Notes under the pieces: generated by a model | Told to the model about the DNA's origin: nothing | The model's input: only the letters and a program-made list of their open reading frames with translations | The model's database searches: none | Shown: positions 21,894 to 29,146 of the stretch, piece after piece | How the letters are laid out: each line of letters opens with the position of its first letter | Numbering within the stretch: position 1 is the stretch's first letter | Position numbers and translations under genes: made by a program | Source: Nitrospinales bacterium | GTDB lineage: Bacteria; Nitrospinota; Nitrospinia; Nitrospinales; VA-1 | DNA length: 64,000 nt | Reading direction: 5' to 3' | NCBI GenBank assembly: GCA_965223345.1 | Contig: CBDCWG010000012.1 | Location: 3,136,001 to 3,200,000, forward strand

Positions 21894-22427
21894 TCAAACC
21901 ACGGGCTCCCGATACACCATCCCCTCGAGCATCTCTTCCAGGTATTTCTTATATTCCGGCGATCCGGAGTAACGGACGATAGTCTTTGTTTTGGCGATGA
22001 TCACCTTGATCTCTTCTTTGGGCTTCCCGTTTTCGGTCGTGCGTTTGCGCCAGCGGTCGCAGTCCATGGCGGAAGCCGTGCACGCACCGGCCTGCACCTT
22101 CTCGAAACCCCGGCTGGTGTAAATATCCTGCCAGGCGGAGAGCTCAAACCCTCCCTGACTCACAGAGATGCCGATGTGCGGATCGGTGCGCAGCCCCCGG
22201 TGCACGGACAAACGGAAGGGCCCGGCCTTTTCCCCCGCCACCAGATCGGCAGGCACGGGCACCCGCCATTGCCGAACGGCAACCGGTTGCGGATAGCGCC
22301 AATGCCAGTATTTGGTGAAGGCAAACTCCGCACTCGCGTCCGGGTGCTGCGACACCCAGAACACTCCGGCGAACAAGAGTATGAAATAAACTCGCGTGAA
22401 CCAGGCGACCAGCGGGTAGAGTTTCAT
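21894..22427 (-). CDS. Hypothetical membrane-anchored protein
   Basis: N-terminal TM helix; plausible codon usage. Confidence 0.55.
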   Translation of the reverse strand: MKLYPLVAWFTRVYFILLFAGVFWVSQHPDASAEFAFTKYWHWRYPQPVAVRQWRVPVPADLVAGEKAGPFRLSVHRGLRTDPHIGISVSQGGFELSAWQDIYTSRGFEKVQAGACTASAMDCDRWRKRTTENGKPKEEIKVIIAKTKTIVRYSGSPEYKKYLEEMLEGMVYREPVV

Positions 22428-22443
22428 AAACGGGCTCGGAATC

Positions 22444-22776
22444 TCACGGCTGAAGCAATGGGATGAACGGGGAAATGCTTGCGAAGGCCAGGATCAGGAC
22501 TCCCCAGGAAGCGTAGATGAGCGCGCCGTAGGAGAACATGAGATAGCGCTCCATCGCCGCCTGACCGGGTTCATCCAGGTGGTTTCGCCACGACTCCATG
22601 AACGGAATGTACAGGGTCCAGCGCACGGCTGGCGGCAGCTTGCGCAGGATCTCGCTTCCGGGCTTGTGCCTGTAGGACACAAAGATCCAGACCCCCATTC
22701 CCGACAGGTAGCCGATGCACAGCAACCCGAAGCCTGTGGAAATCATCTCGGTGGCTATGGATGCGAGGGAATCCAA
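22444..22776 (-). CDS. Hypothetical 2-TM membrane protein
   Basis: Two hydrophobic segments; ends 17 nt before the next - strand ORF. Confidence 0.5.
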   Translation of the reverse strand: MDSLASIATEMISTGFGLLCIGYLSGMGVWIFVSYRHKPGSEILRKLPPAVRWTLYIPFMESWRNHLDEPGQAAMERYLMFSYGALIYASWGVLILAFASISPFIPLLQP

Positions 22777-22867
22777 GGTGTCGTGTCCGGAGCCTGCGGT
22801 GGGGTGACGTTTTATCTCACGATTGGCTTATCGGGAGAATCGGGGGTTTCTTGAGGTGAACCGAACC

Positions 22868-22897
22868 GCCTTCTCCCCAAAGGGGAGAAGGCTTTTT
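22868..22897. terminator. 11-bp hairpin downstream of curlin gene
   Basis: gccttctcccc-aaa-ggggagaaggc followed by ttttt on +. Confidence 0.7.
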
Positions 22898-22908
22898 CCG
22901 GAAGAACG

Positions 22909-23313
22909 TCAATTGCTCTGGTTGATGCTCACGCTGTTGGACCCGCCGCCCTGGTTGATGACCGCGCGGTTGCCCTTGCCTTTCTGGACGATGCTGCTGC
23001 GGTTGTCGTCGCCCATCTGGCTGGTGAAGGCCTCGTTGTCCTCGCCTTCCTGGTCGATGTTGCCCTGGTTGCGGTCGCCCTGCTGCATGAGGGTCAGATC
23101 GTTGCGTTTGCCCTTCTGGCTGATGTTCTTTTTGTTGTCTTTGCCGGTCTGAATGATGGTTTTGCTGTTCTCGTTTTCATCCTGTTGCACGACGGTGTCT
23201 CCTTTTTTGGCTTTGGATTCGGCTTTCGCCGCCGATTCCATGGCAAAGGCGGGTTGGGCGGCCCACAAAACGAGGGCAGCCAAAGCGAGAATCCGGGCGA
23301 TGTGGGTTTTCAT
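22909..23313 (-). CDS. Curlin-repeat protein (CsgA/CsgB-like)
   Basis: Signal peptide plus 11-residue-period Q-x-G-x-x-N repeats (QTGKDN, QKGKRN, QQGDRN, QEGEDN, QMGDDN, QKGKGN, QGGGSN); AGGAG RBS. Confidence 0.85.
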   Translation of the reverse strand: MKTHIARILALAALVLWAAQPAFAMESAAKAESKAKKGDTVVQQDENENSKTIIQTGKDNKKNISQKGKRNDLTLMQQGDRNQGNIDQEGEDNEAFTSQMGDDNRSSIVQKGKGNRAVINQGGGSNSVSINQSN

Positions 23314-23627
23314 GACTTCGACTCCTGGACTGAGGATTTCGTATTCGGGATGGCGGCCGATGCTTCATTTAACCATTCCCGCAGCCGGATGCCAAGCGAA
23401 TCCTGGATAGAGGCAGACGGATCCCTGAAAGAGGGGTTCTTATCCGGCTTTGTTCGAGTGGGAAAGCTTGAAGAACCGGGCCGTTACCGATGGGGTCCGC
23501 CCGGGTGCTGCAAGGAGAATCGCGGACAGGCTATTGCGGGTGAACCTTGTAGAGACAAGCGCCCCCCGGGCCCCCCTTCCGGGTCCGGGAGCGTTTGTTC
23601 ACCCCTTCCTGCTGAGCCATGCCTGGA

Positions 23628-23723
23628 TCAGATGATGCCGCCGAACAGTAGGATCAAATTCAAGATCAGGACGCCTACAGCAAGAGCAACGAAATCTCTG
23701 AAAACCATTCGGTCTTTTTGCAT
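23628..23723 (-). CDS. Small single-TM protein (31 aa)
   Basis: MQKDRMVFRDFVALAVGVLILNLILLFGGII*; AAAGGAGG RBS 6 nt upstream. Confidence 0.7.
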   Translation of the reverse strand: MQKDRMVFRDFVALAVGVLILNLILLFGGII

Positions 23724-23844
23724 GACTGTCCTCCTTTGGTTGAGGATGATGAGCCCCAAAGTTCTTTCAAGAAAAAGATAAGATAATCTTTCGTATCCAA
23801 CTCTACTCCCGTTGCCCCCAATGAAATAGGAAGCAGGGCACATT

Positions 23845-23868
23845 ATTTTGTGACCCAGATCACAAAAT
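23845..23868. promoter_or_regulatory. CRP/FNR-family binding site
   Basis: ATTT-TGTGA-cccaga-TCACA-AAAT, perfect CRP core with extended palindromic flanks. Confidence 0.7.
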
Positions 23869-24184
23869 CGCCGCCGCCTCGCCTCCCCCACTTGGCGCTG
23901 TCAAATTTCCGGCTGAGACAATCCAGCCCCGCCGTCTCAAACTGAAACCGCCCGGAACCGCGCCCCTCTTCGGAATCATCCGTGTGCGGCGGACGATCGC
24001 AAGTCCGGCGTGCCCGTTTCCCGTCTCCGCCGCGCAATCGTGCGCGCTTTCTGATCCATTGCCTTCCCCGCATCTCCCATCCATGCATCGCACCATGCAT
24101 GGTCCATGCTGTTTCGCAAAGGCAACGACTGCCCCGCCATCGCACAAGCGCTTACAGGTAAAGGGTTTGTAGACGGATTTTGTT

Positions 24185-24201
24185 TTGGCACACCGCATGC
24201 A
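24185..24201 (+). promoter_or_regulatory. Putative sigma54 promoter
   Basis: TTGGCACACCGCATGCA (GG-N10-GC). Confidence 0.65.
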
Positions 24202-24211
24202 ATAACACGTT

Positions 24212-24320
24212 GGCAAGAAGGGGGAACGAGACCCCCGCTTCTTGAAAGAAGCCAAATCTCGCTGGGTCAATTAAAAGGGCTCTTGGCCGCCACAAGCTCC
24301 GAGAGCCCCTTTAATTTTTA
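24212..24320 (+). ncRNA. Candidate sigma54-dependent sRNA or attenuated leader (about 110 nt)
   Basis: Begins about 12 nt after the -12 box; 5' hairpin; ends in a terminator-like hairpin plus T-run. Confidence 0.45.
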
Positions 24321-24415
24321 AAACGAAGATCGAATTCGCTGGGAATTTAGATAAAGAACACTGAATTTTAAAGTTTTAATCAATATTGACCGATACAAAG
24401 GGAGGAAACTTCAAA

Positions 24416-24505
24416 ATGGACTCGAATAAACATAAAAAATACTCCATGTATTACGACTTCTCGGCACTCGGTTATGTGCTCTGGTGTCTCTACCTGCTGT
24501 TCTGA
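24416..24505 (+). CDS. Small protein, 'YVLWCLYLL' family copy 1 (29 aa)
   Basis: MDSNKHKKYSMYYDFSALGYVLWCLYLLF*; GGGAGG RBS; paralogue at 25689-25787. Confidence 0.8.
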   Translation: MDSNKHKKYSMYYDFSALGYVLWCLYLLF

Positions 24506-24784
24506 TCGTTCCGGGTCCGGCACAAGGCAACGATTATCGGACCTGACCACAACTGCGTAACCTGTCGATATTTCGACAATATTTCGAAATTCCGTCAAAA
24601 TTTCCCGCGTTTCCCAAGCAGCGGAAACCTTTGGATTTGTTAAAAGCAAACTGAACGTTTCAATCCGGATCTGCCTCCTTCGCTCATCTCCCGATCCTTC
24701 TGCCCATCGCGCAATCCTGCGCGCAATCCCGATTGCCCTGAGCGGCGTTTTGCATTAAAAATAGGTATTCACCTCAACGGCCGG

Positions 24785-25168
24785 ATGCTCATGCGTCTTC
24801 GTGCTACATTCGTTCTTTTTGGGTTCGCTCTGCTCACAGGAGGGTTTGTCTCAGGACCGGCTTGCGCCGAGACCTTCGAAAGCGGCGTGATGATCCACCG
24901 CGACATGATCTACAAAAGCCTGATCATCACCAGCGAAGAGGACCTGCGCTATTACGCCAAGGACAGCAAGGAGGAAAAGGTCTGGGACGAGTACCTGGGC
25001 TTCACCGAACTGCTTGAGACCATCGCCCGCTTGAAACGGAACGACCCGCTCTACCCGCGCAAACGCGAGCAATTGTTCCGCGTCATCCGTTCCTTTGTCG
25101 GCAAAGCGCCGCCGCAGGAATGGGCCGACAAGCTCAGGCACGCCTACAAAGACATTGAGCCCTATTAG
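24785..25168 (+). CDS. Hypothetical secreted protein
   Basis: Signal peptide ending in ACA; host-like codon usage. Confidence 0.7.
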   Translation: MLMRLRATFVLFGFALLTGGFVSGPACAETFESGVMIHRDMIYKSLIITSEEDLRYYAKDSKEEKVWDEYLGFTELLETIARLKRNDPLYPRKREQLFRVIRSFVGKAPPQEWADKLRHAYKDIEPY

Positions 25169-25308
25169 AATGGCACTCAGCGATGATGTTGCGATGGGGA
25201 ATAAATGGACGTGACGATCGGCCGAAAGCCGAACATCGCTCCGGGCGAGACGATCGCGGACAGCACGATCATCGGGAACTTCGTCACCCTCCCCCGAACT
25301 TCAGGAGA

Positions 25309-25488
25309 TCAGTGCAAATGGATTGGCCGGGGACGGCGGTAGGAGGGCGTGCGCTCGAAGCGCTTTTTGAGTTCGAGGAGCTTTCTCTGGCTGGTGAAAT
25401 AGCCGGTGTCGATTTCCCCGCGCTCCGCGGCCCGATGGATGACTTCGTGCACCCAGTTGTCGATGCTCTTTTTCGTGGGATCCGCCAT
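25309..25488 (-). CDS. Small basic protein (59 aa)
   Basis: MADPTKKSIDNWVHEVIHRAAERGEIDTGY...RRPRPIHLH*; AGGAGGT RBS; one residue below ORF-track cutoff. Confidence 0.75.
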   Translation of the reverse strand: MADPTKKSIDNWVHEVIHRAAERGEIDTGYFTSQRKLLELKKRFERTPSYRRPRPIHLH

Positions 25489-25533
25489 GAAACACCTCCT
25501 GAAGTTCGCTGCTGGTTACAGAATCAGGTTAGT

Positions 25534-25549
25534 AGCAAAGCCCATACCG
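25534..25549 (-). promoter_or_regulatory. Putative sigma54 promoter of the 59-aa ORF
   Basis: CGGTATGGGCTTTGCT on - strand (GG-N10-GC). Confidence 0.55.
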
Positions 25550-25688
25550 AAAACGGAAGGGGAAAAAGATGATTGAATGTTCAAAGACTTAGCTGACATG
25601 CGCGGGATCGCGGTCCGGCTCGAAACGCTTTCTCCGCAGGCATTCTGCGGGGCGGTGCTGCATTTTACGGCAGAAGCCCCGATCCCTG

Positions 25689-25787
25689 TCAGGAGTTGAC
25701 GACCAGCAGGTAGAGGCACCAGAGCACGTAGATCAATCCCGTGACGTCGAAATAAAAGTGGCTGCGTTTGTCTGGCTGTGACTGCAT
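25689..25787 (-). CDS. Small protein, 'YVLWCLYLL' family copy 2 (32 aa)
   Basis: MQSQPDKRSHFYFDVTGLIYVLWCLYLLVVNS*; GAGGT RBS. Confidence 0.8.
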   Translation of the reverse strand: MQSQPDKRSHFYFDVTGLIYVLWCLYLLVVNS

Positions 25788-25844
25788 GTTTCTACCTCGA
25801 AATGATGCCTGTGTATCCCGGGGGTCGTCCCCTTTTATCGCTGC

Positions 25845-25859
25845 ACAAGGAAAATGCCA
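25845..25859 (-). promoter_or_regulatory. Putative sigma54 promoter (variant -12)
   Basis: TGGCATTTTCCTTGT on - strand (GG-N10-GT). Confidence 0.45.
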
Positions 25860-25929
25860 CAAGCGTGTGAATCATTGTTTTCAATCTACGTTATTTTTCA
25901 AAAAGTAAAAGAGGAAGAGACCACAAAAT

Positions 25930-25949
25930 AATGTGACCTGTCTGACATT
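25930..25949. promoter_or_regulatory. CRP/FNR-family site
   Basis: AA-TGTGA-cctgtc-TGACA-TT, one mismatch to the CRP core. Confidence 0.55.
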
Positions 25950-25969
25950 CTTATCGGCGTTTTTGGGCG

Positions 25970-25996
25970 AAAAAAAACCGGGCCGAAAAGCCCGGT
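25970..25996 (-). terminator. Intrinsic terminator of the M41 gene
   Basis: accgggc/gcccggt stem plus T-run on - strand. Confidence 0.75.
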
Positions 25997-26047
25997 ACTT
26001 CCCGCGCAGGCCGCGGTGTGGAATTTTTTAAGTCGAGGGACGACGGA

Positions 26048-26578
26048 TCAGCTTTCGATTTCCTCGAAGATATCCCTGATTTCCCTTCCCTTCAGGGTCT
26101 CCTTCTTCAACAGCTCGGAGGCCAGAGCGCGGATGGCTTTCCAGTTGCCGTTCTTGCTCACCAGATCCTTGGCGCGGTAGCTCATCCATTTAAGGAACAG
26201 GTCGGGCCCCTCCCCGTCTCCGCCGATGTGGTTGGCGGAATACTCGGCGTGTTTGAAATCGCCCCAGGCGCTGTCGTGGTTGGTTCTTCCGGCAAAGCGG
26301 CGTTCGGCTTCGGGACCCGCGAGGGAAATGAGAATATCGTTCTCAAAACTGAGGCGGGAACGCATGGAGTTGTTGTTCCTGCCGTCGTTCTTAATGACGT
26401 TGTTATGATGCACGTAACCCAGGCTGTCCGCATCCGGCTTGATGGTGACGGATCGTATTCCCACTCCGAGTTTCCAACAGGCAAAAGCGTGACCGGCTTC
26501 GTGAAAGGCAATGGCCTTGAGTTGCTTGGTGGGGTTTTTCACTTTCGTGGATTTTTTCTTTGTGGATCTTCTCTTCAT
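26048..26578 (-). CDS. Stand-alone FtsH-type (M41) metallopeptidase domain protein
   Basis: AFHEAGHA, VTI.P...LG, LAG..AE, GD, and C-terminal 'LA.ELL..ETL.G'. Confidence 0.8.
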   Translation of the reverse strand: MKRRSTKKKSTKVKNPTKQLKAIAFHEAGHAFACWKLGVGIRSVTIKPDADSLGYVHHNNVIKNDGRNNNSMRSRLSFENDILISLAGPEAERRFAGRTNHDSAWGDFKHAEYSANHIGGDGEGPDLFLKWMSYRAKDLVSKNGNWKAIRALASELLKKETLKGREIRDIFEEIES

Positions 26579-27301
26579 CGAAACCTTTCCTCGGGGTGCG
26601 CGCTTGATTCATGAATACGGTTTGTTTTGCTTTGCCTTGCGATCCCGGAGACGGCCGGAAAGGGTTTCCGGCTGCCCAGCATCGGCGCCTGAACCGTATG
26701 CATCCAAAGGATCTCCACACAATTCTATCATCTTCGGGAAGGCCTCAGCAGTCCCCGATCGAGTGGATTTTTCGGTTTCGCTCATCCGATATTTCGTTTG
26801 GGAACGCGAAGTCGTGAACACCCGGCGATTTCTCAATGAGATACCGGTCCCGCCTCCGCCGCCACGGGACGGCGAAGACCCGTTTCGGCGCTCCCGTAAG
26901 GCCCAGCAAAGCAAATGTTATCAATGAGTTATATTTTTATGTGGCAATTGCGTCAAAAATCGCAGGGTGGGCAAAATTTCTTGAAAATTTTTTTCCGCAG
27001 CCCGCAGCGGAACGCACCCGGATGTGGCGGGAAAAGAACGGGCCGCTTTTTCCTTGGATTTCAGTCCTCATTGCAAAGGGGCTGGACTTTTCGTCAAACT
27101 TTTATGGCGAAAGCGGGAAAAGTATGATCCGTTTTGTAAGAACGTCAGTTCGGCATTCCGGGGAAATCATTGGGATCTTGAGCACAAGTCGCGATAATTC
27201 AGGGATAATCGAGTTAACCACGGTGAAATCGCTGTGTCGGCCCCGGCTTTCCCCCCTCCGGCGCGGCCGGAGGGCGTTCTGCGGGCTCTGGCGGGGCGAG
27301 A

Positions 27302-27856
27302 TCAGCTTTTGTCGAGCCTCGTGAAGCGGGAGCCGTCCAGGTCGCGGGCGTGCACCTTGCCCTGCTGATCGAGGATGAAACCGACGATGGGATGGCCCGG
27401 GTTGTGCGGGTCCAGCGGGTCGTCGCCGTTGACCGCGACGACCGATCCATCGACGCCGGCTTTCCAGCCGCTGTTGGCGCGGAACCGGTTGAGCGCCTGT
27501 TTCTCGGTGAACACCAGGACGAGGGTCTTGGCCTGGGTCTTGAGCTGAAAGCCCATGGAGGCGGCCAGCGTGTTGTAGTAGTCCACGGTCTTGCCGTCCA
27601 CGCGCAGCGCGCCTTCGCCGTACTCGCCGCCGATGCCGAAGCCCGCCGTGTGCAGCGCGGGAAACACCAGCACCCCCTGGGCTCCCTGTAAAAACCGGTC
27701 CGCCCCGTTGACTTCGTCCTGCACGCGCTTGAGCGCTGCATCGACTTTAGTTTCTATCTCCTGGGCGGTGCCGGCGTACACCGGGGAAGCCAGGATCCAA
27801 GCAACGACGGCCCCGATTCCGCAAAGCCTTATCCAGCGCGGGCTCAAGCTGTTCAT
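27302..27856 (-). CDS. Ysc84/SYLF domain secreted protein
   Basis: GVLVFP, GFGIGGEYGEGAL, ASMGFQ, W.AGVDGSV; AGGAGG RBS before ATG 27856. Confidence 0.88.
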   Translation of the reverse strand: MNSLSPRWIRLCGIGAVVAWILASPVYAGTAQEIETKVDAALKRVQDEVNGADRFLQGAQGVLVFPALHTAGFGIGGEYGEGALRVDGKTVDYYNTLAASMGFQLKTQAKTLVLVFTEKQALNRFRANSGWKAGVDGSVVAVNGDDPLDPHNPGHPIVGFILDQQGKVHARDLDGSRFTRLDKS

Positions 27857-27899
27857 GAGATAACCCTCCTGTTTGCAATGGTTTGATCCCCAATGAACG

Positions 27900-27932
27900 A
27901 GCAAGATCAATACCAATCTTAACTCATTGATA
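27900..27932 (-). promoter_or_regulatory. Sigma54 promoter with adjacent IHF site
   Basis: TTGGTATTGATCTTGCT (GG 27914-27913, GC 27902-27901) preceded by TATCAATGAGTTA (WATCAAN4TTR) at 27932-27920. Confidence 0.65.
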
Positions 27933-28210
27933 TTAAACGACTTATAAAACACACCCCGAAAACGGGACGCGTGTTTTTTACGAAATTTCAGACATATTTG
28001 ATAAAAATATACCCACTTCCCCTTTGCTTATCCACAGGGGATAATGTGACATATGTGGCATTTCCGGCTGTCTCCGCAGGGCGGGAGCCGGGCGATATGC
28101 CTTAAGCACCAAAAAAATCAACTGTTTAGCTAAACAATCCCGGAATGATGGCTTATAATTGAATAGAGGAAGCGCCGCAGGGGTTCGCGTCTTTCTCAGG
28201 AGGTGGCGAC

Positions 28211-29077
28211 ATGCAGCTATTGTATCCCTTCGCCAAGCGGTTCATCGCGGGCGAGGATTTGCAGACCGCTTTGCGGGCGATCAAACGCATCCACCGCGCG
28301 GGTTTTTTGAGTTCGCTGGACATTCTCGGTGAAAACGTCAGCAACCCGGAGCAGGTGGAGGCAGCGAAAAACGAATACCTGGAACTGGTGCGGGAGTTTG
28401 CGGACAGCCCCATACAGATGGACTTTTCCGTCAAGCTGACGCAGCTGGGTCTCGACATCGATGCGGAGCTGTGCCGCAGCCATCTGGTGGAGATCCTGAC
28501 CGCCGCGGGCAAGCACACGGTGCGACTGGACATGGAAGGCTCGCTGCACACCGAGCGGACGCTGGAAATGTGCCACCGCGTGCAGCCGGAGTTTCCCAAT
28601 CTGGGGCAGGCGGTGCAGGCGTACCTGTTCCGCACGCAGGCGGACCTGGAAAAACTGATCGAGAACAAAGTCTCGGTGCGCCTCTGCAAAGGCGCCTACA
28701 AGGAGCCGGAGTCGATCGCGTACACGTCCATGGACGCCATCCGCGAAAACTTCCTCAAGCTCGCGTGGCCGTTGCTCAAGGAGGGAAACCAGCCGGCCAT
28801 CGCCACGCACGATGAGTATCTGCTGCAGGAAGTGCTGACGTTCATCGAAAAAGAAAACATCGACCGGGATTCGTTTTACTTCGAGATGCTGTACGGCGTC
28901 GGGCGGGACCTGCAGAAGATCCTGCTCAAAAAAGGCTACCGGGTGCGCGTGTACACGCCGTTCGGCAGCGCCTGGCTGCCGTACACGCTCAGGCGGCTGG
29001 CCGAAAAGAAGGAAAACATCCTGTTCGTGGTGAAAAACCTGTTCAAGGAAGCGTTCGGGCTTCGAAAGTTGAAATAG
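28211..29077 (+). CDS. Monofunctional proline dehydrogenase
   Basis: RFIAGE, D.LGE, SVKLTQLG, RLDME, QAYL.RT, RLCKGAYKE, IATHD, EMLYG, Y..RRLAE. Confidence 0.95.
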   Translation: MQLLYPFAKRFIAGEDLQTALRAIKRIHRAGFLSSLDILGENVSNPEQVEAAKNEYLELVREFADSPIQMDFSVKLTQLGLDIDAELCRSHLVEILTAAGKHTVRLDMEGSLHTERTLEMCHRVQPEFPNLGQAVQAYLFRTQADLEKLIENKVSVRLCKGAYKEPESIAYTSMDAIRENFLKLAWPLLKEGNQPAIATHDEYLLQEVLTFIEKENIDRDSFYFEMLYGVGRDLQKILLKKGYRVRVYTPFGSAWLPYTLRRLAEKKENILFVVKNLFKEAFGLRKLK

Positions 29078-29146
29078 AAAGTCATGCTCAGTCCCTTTGT
29101 ATCCAACCCGGCGAAAACGGTCCGGGCCGCATCGCACAGAAAGACC

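Noticed and set aside
23380..23395. Sigma54-like TTGGCATCCGGCTGC upstream of curlin
   Set aside because: GG-to-GC spacing is 9 nt, not the required 10
24380..24649. 89-aa - strand ORF from the track
   Set aside because: No RBS or motif; it overlaps the better-supported 29-aa + strand ORF
26838..26864. tRNA gene
   Set aside because: Only a CCA-ending GC-rich fragment; no T-loop or cloverleaf
27946..27980. c-di-GMP-I riboswitch-like 'gaaa..gggacgc'
   Set aside because: Lacks the GGCAAA 5' element and the second stem
28028..28036. Perfect DnaA box TTATCCACA
   Set aside because: Single copy, no box cluster and no dnaA/dnaN context; not an origin
28034..28061. dif-like sequence (ataa-tgtgac-atatgtggcat)
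   Set aside because: The XerD arm deviates too far from TTATGTTAAAT; better read as a CRP-type box
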